A stretch of DNA of 64,000 bases from the human T2T-CHM13v2.0 reference genome, Homo sapiens. This document shows, in pieces, positions 1 through 11,755 of the stretch. Position 1 is the stretch's first letter, and each line of letters starts with the position of its first letter. The notes under the pieces were generated by a model, which worked only from the letters and a program-made list of their open reading frames with translations, did not search any database and was not told the DNA's origin. The position numbers and the translations under genes were made by a program. The DNA is taken from the NCBI RefSeq assembly GCF_009914755.1, contig NC_060929.1; one strand, 5' to 3'.

Positions 1-366
1 TGGGTGCTCCTGTATTGGGTGCATATATATTTAGGATAGTTAGCTCTTCTTGTTGAATTGATCCCTTTACCATTATGTAATGGCCTTCTTTGTCTCTTTT
101 CATTTTGTTGGTTTAAAGTCTGTTTTATCAGAGACTAGGATTGCAACCCCTGCCTTTTTTTGTTTTCCATTTGCTTGGTAGATCTTCCTCCATCCTTTTA
201 TTTTGAGCCTATGTGTGTCTCTGCACATGAGATGGGTTTCCTGAATACAGCCCACTGATGGGTCTTGACTCTTTATCCAATTTGCCAGTCTGTGTCTTTT
301 AATTGGAGCATTTAGTCCATTTACATTTAAAGTTAATATTATTATGTGTGAATTTGATCCTGTCAT
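1..366 (-). pseudogene. L1 ORF2p endonuclease N-terminus, disrupted
   Basis: MTGSNSHIIILTLNVNGLNAPIKRHRLANWIKSQDPS; the frame terminates at 100-102. Confidence 0.9.
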
Positions 367-429
367 TTTGATGTTAGCTGGTTATTTTGCTCATTAGTTG
401 ATGCAGTTTCTTCCTAGTCTCAATGGTCT

Positions 430-1446
430 TTACATTTTGGCATGATTTTGCAGTGGCTGGTACCTGTTGTTCCTTTTCATGTTTAGCACTTCCTTCAGGA
501 GCTCTTTTAGGGCAGGCCTGGTGGTGACAAAATCTCTCAGCATTTGCTTGTCTGTAAAGGATTTTATTTCTCCTTCACTTATGAAGCTTAGTTTGGCTGG
601 ATATGAAATTCTGCTTTGAAAATTCTGTCCTTTAAGAATGTTGAATATTGGCCCCCACTCTCTTCTGGCTTGTAGAGTTTCTGCGGAGAGATCCACTGTT
701 AGTCTGATGGGCTTCCCTTTGAGGGTAACCCGACCTTTCTCTCTGGCTGCCCTTAACATTTTTTCCTTCATTTCAACTTTGGTGAATCTGAGAATTATGT
801 GTCTTGGAGTTGCTCTTCTTGAGGAGTATCTTTGTGGCATTCTCTGTATTTCCTGAATCTGAATGTTGGCCTGCCTTGCTAGACTGGGGAAGTTCTCCTG
901 GATAATATCCTGCAGAGTGTTTTCCAACTTGGTTCCATTCTCCCCGTCACTTTCAGGTACACCAATCAGACGTAGATTTGGTCTTTTCACATAGTCCCAT
1001 ATTTCTTGGAGGCTTTGTTCGTTTCTTTTTATTCTTTTTTCTCTAAACTTCCCTTCTCGCTTCATTTCACTCATTTCATCTTCCATCACTGATACCCTTT
1101 CTTCCAGTTGATTGCATTAGCTCCTGAGGCTTCTGCAGTCTTCATGTAGTTCTCAAGCCTTGGTTTTCAGCTCCATCAGCTCCTTTAAGCACTTCTCTGT
1201 ATTGGTTATTCTAGTTATACATTCTTCTAAATTTTTTTCAAAGTTTTCAACTTCTTTGCCTTTGGTTTGAATGTCCTCCCGTATCTCGGAGTAATTTGAT
1301 CGTCTGAAGCCTTCTTCTATCAGCTCGTCAAAGTCATTCTCCGTCCAGCTTTGTTCCGTTGCTGGTGAGGAACTGCATTCCTTTGGAGGAGGAGAGGCGC
1401 TCTGCTTTTTAGAGTTTCCAGTTTTTCTGCTCTATTTTTTCCCCAT
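430..1446 (-). pseudogene. L1 ORF1p (RNA-binding chaperone), full-length frame with nonsense codons
   Basis: ATG at 1446-1444 to stop at 432-430 spans 1017 nt (338 codons plus stop) in one frame. In-frame stops TGA (1155-1153) and TAA (1119-1117) fall at consensus CGA codons. The C-terminal 219 aa are in the ORF track. Confidence 0.9.
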
Positions 1447-1901
1447 CTTTGTGTTTTTATCTACTTTTGGTCTTTGATGATGGTGATGTACAGATGGGTT
1501 TTTGGTGTGGATGTCCTTTCTGTTTGTTAGTTTTCCTTCTAACAGATAGGAACCTCAGCTGCAGGTCTGTTGGAGTACCCGGCCGTGTGAGGTGTCAGTC
1601 TGCCCCTTCTTGGGGGTGCCTCCCAGTTAGGCTGCTCGGGGGTCAGGGGTCAGGGACCCACTTGAGGAGGCAGTCTGCCTGTTCTCAGATCTCCAGCTGC
1701 GTGCTGGGAGAACCACTGCTCTCTTCAAAGCTGTCAGACAGGGACATTTAAGTCTGCAGAGGTTACTGCTGTCTTTTTGTTTGTCTGTGCCCTGCACCCA
1801 AAGGTGGAGCCTACAGAGGCAGGCAGGCCTCCTTGAGCTGTGGTGGGCTCCACCCAGTTGGAGCTTCCCAGCTGCTTTGTTTACCTAAGCAAGCCTGGGC
1901 A

Positions 1902-2210
1902 ATGGCGGGCGCCCCTCCCCCAGCCTCGCTGCCACCTTGCAGTTTGATCTCAGACTGCTGTGCTAGCAATCAGTGAGACTCCGTGGGTGTAGGACCCTCC
2001 GAGCCAGGTGTGGGATATAATCTCCTGGTGCGCCATTTTTTAAGCCCGTCGGAAAAGCGCAGTATTCGGGTGGGAGTGACCCGATTTTCCAGGTGCCATC
2101 TGTCACCCCTTTCTTTGACTCGGAAAGGGAACTCCCTGACCCCTCGCGCTTCCCGAGTGAGGCAATGCCTCGCCCTGCTTCGGCTCGCGCACGGTGCGTG
2201 CACCCACTGA
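1902..2210 (+). pseudogene. L1 antisense ORF0, interrupted by a stop at codon 25
   Basis: ATG at 1902 gives MAGAPPPASLPPCSLISDCCASNQ, then TGA (1974-1976). The same frame continues DSVGVGPSEPGVGYNLLVRHFLSPSEKRSIRVGVTRFSRC, which matches known ORF0p. Confidence 0.85.
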
Positions 2211-2350
2211 CCTGTGCCCACTGTCTGGCACTCCCTAGTGAGATGAACCCGGTACCTCAGATGGAAATGCAGAAACCACCCGTCTTCTGCGTCACTCGCG
2301 CTGGGAGCTGTAGACCGGAGCTGTTCCTATTCGCCTATCTTGGCTCCTCC

Positions 2351-5300
2351 GGAATGTACATTCTTTTCATCAGTACATGGAACATTCTCCAAGACAGATC
2401 ATATGATAGGTCACAAAACAAGTCTAAATAAATTTAAGAAAATCAAAATCTTATTAAGTATCTTGTCAAACCACAGTGGAATAAAACTGGAAATTAACTC
2501 CAAATGGATCCCTCAAAATTACACAAGTATATGGAAATTAAATAATCTGCTCTTGAATGATCTTTGGGCTAACAATGAAATCAAGGTGGAAATTTAAAAA
2601 TTCTTGAACTAAAGGATAATAGTGACACAACTTATCAAAACCTCTAGGATACAGCAAAAGCAGTGCTAAGAGGAAAGTTCATAGCATTAAATGCCTACAT
2701 TAAAAAGTCTGAAAAAGCACAAATAGACAACCTAATGTCACACCTCAAGGAACAAGAGAAACAAGAACAAACTAAACCCAACACCAACAGAAGAAAAAAA
2801 ATAACAGATTGGAGCAGAACTAAATAAAATTGAAACAAAAAAATGCAAAAGATAAATGAAACAAAAAGTTGCTTCTTTGAAAAGATAAATAAAATTGATA
2901 GATCATTAGTGAGATTAACCAAGAAGAGAAGAGAGATCCAAATAAGCTCAATTAGAAGGGAAACAGGAGCTATTACAATCAATACTACAGAAATACCAAA
3001 GATCATTCAAGGCTACTATGAATACCTTTACACACACAAACTAGAAAATCTACAGGAGATGGATAAATTCCTGGAAATATACAAACTTCCTAGATTAAAT
3101 CAGGAAAAAATAGAAGCTCTGAACAGAACAGTAACAAGTCGTAAGATTGAGTCAGTAATAAAAAAAAATTTGCCAACAAAAAAAGTTGAGGACCAGATAG
3201 ATCCACAGCTGAATTCTATTAGACATTCAAAGAAGAATTTGTACCAGTCCTATTGAAACTATTCCAGAAGACAGAGAAAGAGGTTATCCTTCCTAAATCA
3301 TTCTGTGAAGCCAGCATCATCCTAATACCAAAACCAGAAAAGGACATAAAAAAAAAGGAAAACTGTAGACCAATATCCCCGAGGAACATAGATGCAAAAA
3401 TCTTCCACAAAATACTAGCTAACTGAATCCAACAGCATATCAAAAAGATAATACATCATGATCAACTGGGTTTCATACCAGAGAAGCAGGGCTGGCTTAA
3501 CATACATAAATCAATAAATGTGACACATTGCGTAAACAAAGTTAAAAACAAAAATCATATGATCATTTCAATAGCAGAAAAATCATTTGACAAAATCCAG
3601 TATCCCTTTATGATAAAAACCCTCAACAAAATTGGCATAGAAGACATACGTCAAAGTAATACAAGCCATCTATGACAAACCCACAGCTAACATTATGTTG
3701 AATGGAGAAAAGTTGAAAGCATTCCCCCTGAGACCTGGAACAAGACAAGGATGCCCACTTTCACCATTCTATTCAATATAATTCTGAAAGTTCTAGCCAG
3801 AGCAATCAGACAAGACAAATAAATAAAGGGCATCCAAATTGGAAAAGAGGAAGTCAAACTATTGCTGTTTGCTGATATGATTGTATACCTAGAAAACCCT
3901 AAAGACTCATCTGAAAGGCTCCTAGATATGACAAATGAATTCAGTAAAATCTAAGGATACAGAATCAATGTACATAATAAATGAGTAGCACTGCTATACA
4001 CCTAACAATGCCGAAGCCGAGAATCAAATCAAGAACTCAATCTTTTTTAACAACAGCTGCAAACAAACAAACAAAACCAACTTAGGAATGTACTTAACCA
4101 AGGAGATGAAAGATGTCTGCAAGGAAAGCTGCAAAACACTGAGGGAAGAAATCATTGATGACACAAATGGAAACACATCCCATGTTCATAAATGGGTAGA
4201 ATCAATATTGTGAAAATGACTATACTGCCAAAAGCAATCTACAGATTCAATGAAACTCCCATTAAAACACCATCATCATTCTTCACAGAACTAGAAAAAA
4301 CAATCCTAAAATGTGTATGGAACAAAAGAGAGCCCACATAGCCAATACTAAGTAAAAAGAACAAATCTGGAGGCATCATATTACTCGACTTCAAATTATA
4401 CTACAAGCCTATAGTTACCAAAACAGCATTGTACTGGTATAAAAATAGGCATGTAGACTGATGGAACAGAATAGGGAACCCAGAAATAAAGCCAAATACT
4501 TATAGCCAACTGATCTTCGACAAAGCAAACAAAAACATAAAGTGGGGAAAGGACACTCTATTCAATAAATGGTGCTAGTATAACTGGCAATCAACATGTA
4601 GAAGAATGAAACTGGATCCTCATCTCTCACCTTATACAAAAATCAACTCAAGATAGATCAAAGACTTAAATCTAAGACCTGAAAAAATTCTAGAAGATAA
4701 TAGAAAAACTCTTCTAGACATTGGCTTAGGCAAAGAATTCATGACTCAGAACCCAAAAGCAAATGCAACAAAACAAAAATAAATACACGGGACCTAATTA
4801 AACTAAAAAACTTCAGCACAGCAAAAAGAACAGTCAGCAGAGTAAACAGACAACCCATAGAGTGGGAGAAGATATTCCCAAGCTATGCATCCGACAAAGG
4901 ACTAATATTCAGAATCTATAAGGAACTCAAACAAATCGGCAAGAAAAAAATAATCCCATTAAAAAGTGGGCTAAGGACATGAATAGACAATTCTCAAAAG
5001 AAGATATACAAACAGCCAACAAACATATGAAAAAATGCTAACATCACTAATTGTCAGGGAAATGCAAATTAACATCACAATGAGATACCACCTTCCTTCT
5101 GCAAGAATGGCCATAATTCAAAAAATCAAAAAATTATAGAGTTGATGTGGATGTGGTGAAAAGGGAACTCTTCTACACTGCTGGTGGGAATGCAAACTAG
5201 TACAACCGCAATGTAAACAGTATGGAGATTCCTTAAAGAAATAAGAGTAGAACTACCATTTGATTCAGCAACCCCACTACTGGGTATCTACCCAGAGGAA

Positions 5301-5815
5301 AAGAAGTCATTATGTGAAAAGGACACATGCACATACACGTTTATAGCAGCACAATTCGCAATTGCAAAAATATGGAACCAACCTTAATGCTCATAAACCA
5401 AGTGGATAAAGAAAATGTGATATATATATATACACACACACACCATGGAATACTATGCAGCCATAAGACAGAATGGAATAATGGCTGTTGCAGCATATTG
5501 GATGGAGTTGGAGGCCATTATTCTGAAGTAACTCAGAAATGGAAAATCAAATATTTTATGTCCTCACTTATAAGTGGGAGCTAAGGTATAAGGATGCAAA
5601 GGCATCAGAATTATATAATAAACTTTGGGGACTTTGGGGAAGGGTGGGAGTGGGGCTGAGGGATAAAAGACTACATATTGGGTACAATGGACACTGCTCG
5701 GGTGATGGGTGCACCAAAATCTCAGAAATTGCCACCAAAGAACTTATTCATGTAACCAAACACCACCTGTTCCCCCCAAAACTATTTAAATAAAATTTAA
5801 AAATTGTAAAAAAAA
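2351..5815 (+). mobile_element. Older LINE-1 (L1PB1-type), ORF2 remnant plus 3'UTR, interrupted at its left side by the young L1
   Basis: ORF2-like peptides at 2340-2597 and 2843-3256. The 3' end GGTGATGGGTGCACCAAAATCTCAGAAAT...CACCACCTGTTCCCC is followed by an A-rich tail. Confidence 0.9.
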
Positions 5816-5865
5816 TGCAAAAAATGTGGTACCAAACATACTGCAAAAAGAACACTTGTCTACAG

Positions 5866-6414
5866 TGTGAAAGGAAAATAAAAACTTGAGACCCCAAACT
5901 CATGTTGACAAAGGGAAAAGTTAAGCTTGGAAACTGAGTCACACAAAAAGACTGCCTTTTTTGTTGTTCCTAAACAGACGGCTGTAAGATAGAAGGCCAC
6001 ACATTTCCCCAGGCAGCCTCCCTCACTCTGACAATGTAAATTAACAGCACATCTTCACAGGTACAGGACAAAGACAAGACTAGAAATTGTCCCTCTGCCT
6101 ACCCAGGAGACAAATGCATATTTGACTTCTTCCACTACCCTATGTTTATCTTACCTTATGTAAAATGCACATTTATGAGAATGTGACCACTCACCTCACT
6201 ACATACCCTTTCTCTTTTTTTTTTCTTTTCTCTTTCCCCTCCTGCCCATTTTTCCCCCTTTAAATATTGAAGCCTTCAAAACCCTCTTTGGAAAAAGTGG
6301 GGGCCACAGATCCTACTGTGACTTGTGTCTCTTTTTCCTGGGTGCATCCTCAACCTTGGCAAAATAAACCTCTACATTGATTGAGATCTATCTCAGAAAC
6401 TTTTCTGGTTTACA
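5866..6414 (+). mobile_element. ERV1 solo LTR, MER4 family
   Basis: Starts TGTGAAAGGAAAATAAAAACTTGAGACCCCAAA and ends TGGTTTACA. AATAAA at ~6363. Flanked by ACAG/ACAT, a near 4-bp TSD. Confidence 0.8.
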
Positions 6415-6689
6415 ACATTATGAGAGTTGATACAGGAAGGCCTTGTGGACCTCAACTTGGGACCTGTGTATTGGGCAGCTCAAATTTTTCACTGTTCTGC
6501 ACATGCCCATGAACGACTGTGAAAGCCCCCAACCTTGATTCTGAGGTCACAAGCAGATTTTAGTAAGTAGGCAAATTTGCAAATTTGGAATCCATCAATG
6601 ATGAGGATCAACTGTATTTTGCTTTTGAAGTATCGCTTTTTGCCCAGCTTTAAGTTTTAACTTGTGGACTTTGGTAGATTGATCTCACC

Positions 6690-7100
6690 AGTGGCCTTCA
6701 TATTGGTCTCCCAGTGTCAGACCCCACCCTGCAACTCTTGGTTCCCTCCCACTTTGATTACGGGCTTGGATTAATAAACCTGATATGAGCAGAAGCTTGA
6801 AAAGCACATGTGCATTTTCTCTTTCTCTTTTGGACCTCAGCCATCACCGTGAGAACATGCCGGGCTCACCTGAAACAAGGGTAAGAGAGAAATGGAAAGC
6901 AGAGTTGTCCCATACGAGACCATTCTAGACCAGACAACCCTGAGCAGCCCACTGGTTGCCCACAGAAGAATGAGAGAGCCCAGTTGAGATCACCCCAGCC
7001 CTGTTCTGGATCCAGAGACCACGAGAAATAATCAGTCATTTTTGGTTTAAGTCACTATGTCTTGGATGGTTTGTTGTACATCAGTAATGAACTGATACGA
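6690..7100 (+). mobile_element. MaLR LTR (MLT1H-like), degraded
   Basis: CAGAAGCTTGAAAAGCACATGTGC...GCCATCACCGTGAGAACATGCC and a 3' end TTTAAGTCACTATGTCTTGGATGGTTTGTTGTACATCAG resemble MLT1. Confidence 0.6.
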
Positions 7101-7330
7101 GACTTGAGCATCTCTAGTTTCAATTTAGGGATGTTAGCATTCAAGATCTTCTGGAAGAGCACCAGGCAGCTATTGATACTACAGCTACAGATCAATGTCT
7201 CTGTCTTTCCATCATGTGGAAGGTGGAAAAGGAGCTCAATCATTTCAACATAGAACAGGGCTTGAGTAGAACTGAGAGTATGGCTTTTCACATCTAGTTT
7301 TCCCAGGCCTTGATGAGTAGGTGCTCGTTC

Positions 7331-7681
<351 letters not shown>

Positions 7682-8599
7682 TAGCTTGATTAAAACACAA
7701 CATGTTATTTTTAAAAATTCCACTGATAATGGTAGTTATTTTATTAATTTTGCACTGAAAGAAAAAAATCAGGCAGGAAAAAGGAGGGGTAGAGGCGGAA
7801 AAAAGGAAAGGAAATAATTTCTCATGTTCCAGCCTCAGAACATGAAGGGAAATTCACAAAGGGTACAATACATCGATAACTACAGTATATTTCTCTAGAA
7901 AAGCTGCCGGCCCCAAGGCATAATAAAAGTTACACTTAAGAAGACCACAGGCCTTTTAAAAGTCACATTTTGAATCAAAATAATTTTCTTATAAAATATT
8001 AATTCTCAAAATGAGTTGTAAAATATGAACACAAAATGGCTTAGGCTATTTTTATTTCTGGCAATAAAGCTAAAAATTCTTAGAGAAAATGACAGCTACT
8101 AGAATGTAATTCTCAGAGTCAATGAGTGAAAATGTGAGTCTGAAATTCACTCAGATTTGATTGAATCTTGGAGTGCACATTTAGTGAGCAGCAGCAGGCT
8201 CTGTGCTAGGCACTGTAGGGCTCACCCAACCAAGCTGTCAGAGAAACCTCAAAATACAGCTGGAACTCAAAATGCAGTTTCAATGAAACTCATCATTGTT
8301 TGGTTGCTCTGAATTTATTTTCTGGACACTGAATTTTAAAAATGAAAAGGTAGATATGAACTAAAGACACAAACTAGAGGTAATTATTTAAAAACAGAAA
8401 AAACCCAAACTCACTTATTAAAGAACAGCTCTCAGTGGAACTGAAAATTCTTTAATTAACTGAAAATTACCTTATGAAAATTTATGCGAATATGATACTT
8501 TTCAGTTACTGCCAAAAGGATCAGTTGCCAGTCTTATGAATTTTACTATTGAGGTTTTGGGTACAACAAATATTCATTTTATGATGCAGTCCTATAACA

Positions 8600-8790
8600 G
8601 TATGAGTCCCTGAAGTCAGACTCTCTGGGCTCAAATCTTAACTTTAGCATTTATAAAATATAGATTTTAGGTAAGTTTCTTAACTGCTCTGGGCATCAAT
8701 TTCCTAGTATGTTAAATGGAGATATTAATATCACCTGCTTCATATCTTTGCAATGTGCATTAAATGAGATGATATATGTAAGTGTTCATT
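8600..8790 (+). mobile_element. MIR SINE
   Basis: GAAGTCAGACTCTCTGGGCTCAAATC...GGTAAGTTTCTTAAC...AAATGGAGATATTAATA...ATTAAATGAGATGATATATGTAA resembles the MIR core. Confidence 0.7.
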
Positions 8791-9904
8791 CTATGTTAAC
8801 TATTAATAAGTATACATTAGCTGCAACCAAGAACAAGGCCTTTCTCTGACATTTTCCAAATCCATTCTCTGACCCATCCCTAGTGTTGGTTCCAGTTCCA
8901 TCCATGTAAATGCCTTCCTCTTCTTTTCCCCAGTAGTAAACGGATTTCAGGTATTACTATGGGAATCCCACCAGGTACACTTCCCTCCCTAGAACATGTG
9001 AAATCAAACACTAGTCCTTCCAGATTTGGCTGACCACACCTAAATCAGCTTCTTGGAGTGGGAGACTAGAGGAAATGGGGACCAATGGTCTCAAGACTGT
9101 TCAAAGAACCTGTTCCCGGGCTGCTGCTGAACCCTATAATGCCACTCTCCTCTCCTCCCAAACTTTGCCCATCTCTTCCTGCCTCAACTTCCCTGCTTAT
9201 CTGCCTCAACCTAGAAATCCCCCCTGGTTGCTGGGTCTGCAAATTCCCTGCCCAGGGATGGGCCCTATTGATGACAGAGTAAACTGAATGTACATCCTTA
9301 TTTTCCTCCTAACACTTTTTCAAATCTATTTAAGTGCAATTCCAGCCCAGAGCCTCTGGCAACTCCCTATTGGACTTGCTGAGCCAACCTCCTGATTGAC
9401 TGTCAATAGATCAATTCTCATCTTGCCTTATTTAACGTATATGCTCTCTTGAGCTCTTGTTACATAAGCAACATAAAGTGTGGGGTGTCACGAGGGGTAA
9501 AAAGTAATTTAGAGTTCTAGGATGAGGTACAATTTGGAAAGGCCTGACTTCAGCTGACCCAGCCTCTGGCCATAATTCCACATCGCCGTCCACACTGACT
9601 GTCATCAATCTTTCCTCTTCCAATTAGCCCCCTTCCCTAAAGAACAGTGACTCACCCACAGTTACATGGCATCCAGTACCAAAGCTAATTAGAAGTTAGG
9701 TCTCCAAGCAGTGCCTTTCCTTAGTAAAAATTCCTTGTGTTTTCAGAAACTGGGGTTTAAAACAAAGCAAAACAAAAAATGCTGTGATAGAGGATAATGA
9801 TGCCCCTTTGTGAAATGGAATCTGCATTTGCATGCCAGCATGTTTGTTTGGGATTAATAAAAAATAAAGGAAGACTGAGGCAGGCTGTAATATTATTTAA
9901 ATCA

Positions 9905-10020
9905 TAATAACAGTAATGGCTAACATTTATTCAGCATGTACAATAAGCCACACGTTGTGGCAAGAGCTTTCCATATTTTATCTGTTTGACTGCCACCACC
10001 CTCACAACAACCCTATTTTT
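9905..10020 (-). mobile_element. MIR SINE fragment
   Basis: ATGGCTAACATTTATTCAGC...CTCACAACAACCCT. Confidence 0.6.
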
Positions 10021-10048
10021 CATTTAAAAGACCTATAGTAGTGCTTAC

Positions 10049-10210
10049 CATGCACTCGATAAACAAAGAATAATACAGATGTGACAGGGATAATATTTTC
10101 CAAATATTAAGCCAGTGCATTGGAATTTTTCTCCTCTATAGTCCCCGGTAGCCATTTTCTCCCTTATTTTGTCCCTGAGAAAGGGGCGGGATTGTTTGAT
10201 GTGACGTAGG
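10049..10210 (-). promoter_or_regulatory. Candidate compact promoter and first exon (CRE, GC box, YY1/ATG, splice donor)
   Basis: TGACGTAG 10202-10209, GGGGCGGG 10183-10190 and GCCATTTT 10151-10158. Minus-strand donor ATG|GTAAGC at 10049/10048. Motif evidence only. Confidence 0.3.
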
Positions 10211-10569
10211 AAGGTGAAGGATAGAAAGAAAGAGGAAGAGGAAATCCTTTTCCCTCCATCCCCAGGGGCTGTGGGAAGAAGAAGGGGATCATATGGGGGA
10301 ACAAAGTGATAGAAACATGAGGCCTCTGACTGCTTCCTCTGGCTGGAGTCCAGGGGGATGTGTGAATGTGTCTTTGTGGCGGGACGAAGGAACACTGTTA
10401 GTTGAGGTAAAAGTTGAAATCAGAGGAGATCCTGGTGACACATCCTGTTTGGGACTCAGGGTGAAAACTGCCTTGCTGAATGAATGACAACCTGAGCAGC
10501 CAGGCTGTAAGGCAGAGAGAATGCCTGGACCCTGAATGGCATGAAACAGGTCAGCAGTGATGACTGACT

Positions 10570-11075
10570 AGCTCCCTACTGTTCATGCCATTGTCTTCCT
10601 AAGTAACAGAATCCCAATTTGGGGGTAATCATTGACTCAGTTAAAAGACTACTTTTCTCAGTCACCATTGCAGCTGGAGTGGCCATAGAACTAAGTTATG
10701 GACAATGGAATGTAAGCAAAATTTGAGTGGAACTTCTGGGAAGGCCTCTTAAAGGAAGCCAGCCTAGTAGGGAGATCTTTCCCATCCTTATTTCTATTAT
10801 GTCCTATAAATTTCTATTGCATTATGCCCAGAAAACCAGACATAATGGCTGGAGCGACAGCTGCCATCTTGTCCCACAAGTTGATCTTGAGGACAGAAAC
10901 ATGTGCAACAAAGCAAACAGAGAGATAGCCTGGCTCCATGATGGCTTCATGGAACCACCACACAAACCCTGGATTATCTCCCTCTAGAGTTTTTAAAGTA
11001 AGAGACTTAGGCCTCATGCTTTAACCCATCACTATTTTAGTTTTTTGTTAGCTAGAGCTGAATATGATACTAAGA
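10570..11075 (+). mobile_element. MaLR LTR (MLT1J-like)
   Basis: AACAGAATCCCAATTT...CAGCTGGAGTGGCCAT...AACTTCTGGGAAGG...ATGGCTGGAGC..CAGCTGCCATCTTG. Confidence 0.65.
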
Positions 11076-11617
11076 GATAGAGCCTACTTCGTGTCAGGCT
11101 GAAGAGATTGTGGAGCAGGTGGGCATGAGGAGGTAAGTTCACAGTGATTGAGGTGAAGTAAAACTGCAGCTAAGGGCTGAGAGGCTGGCTGCTTAATCTG
11201 GGGATTGAATGGGAACCACAGCAGATTCCAGGAATTCACAGTTCCAGCAAGGGCCCAACTGAGGCCGAGTCAGCAGAGAAGGTTCACCAGGCTCTGATTT
11301 AGCCAAGGGAATGGACAACATGAGAGACAGACACCGCCATTGGATAGCAATGGCCACCTTGCACCCAGGTGAAGAAGGGGAATCAGACGAATCAGTAGAC
11401 AGCACAAGGGTAAGCCCAGGTGGATCAGATTTCCCCAGAAAGCTCCCCAAAGGCCAGCTGTTACCATGAGAAGGAGAAACGGGAGGGAGAGAAATGGTGA
11501 AAGATTTGGTGTTAATCTGAGAGAGACTGAATTAACTAAAGAAACTGTTATAAATGTTGGACTGGGCTTATTCTCACTGGATTGGACTAAATTTGTTTTC
11601 TTCCCCTACTATCCAGT

Positions 11618-11755
11618 TGGCAGTGAAAGGTATGAAAAGGATCAGTTCAGACACAGAAAAAACAGATACTAGATACATTTGTTTCGTGGCAGTGAAAGAT
11701 ATGAAAAGGATCAGTTCAGACACAGAAAAAACAGATACTAGATACATTTGTTTTG
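11618..11755 (+). repeat. 69-bp tandem duplication (2 copies, 2 mismatches)
   Basis: TGGCAGTGAAAG(G/A)TATGAAAAGGATCAGTTCAGACACAGAAAAAACAGATACTAGATACATTTGTTT(C/T)G at 11618 and 11687. Confidence 0.95.

Larger units (their letters stand above)
1..2350 (-). mobile_element. LINE-1 5' portion (5'UTR, ORF1, start of ORF2), young L1PA3/L1PA2-type; continues beyond the window start
   Basis: The reverse complement of 2350-2280 matches the L1 5' end (GGAGGAGCCAAGAT...GAATAGGAACAGCTCCGGTCTACAGCTCCCAGC). ORF1 and ORF2 (MTGSNSHI...) peptides are in the ORF track. The 5'UTR lacks the ~129-bp segment (junction TTGGAG|TACCC at ~1575). Confidence 0.95.

Noticed and set aside
11052-11138. Possible 81-nt exon ending at donor GAG|GTAAGT (11132/11133)
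   Set aside because: An isolated consensus donor with a weak LTR-derived acceptor is expected by chance in 64 kb.
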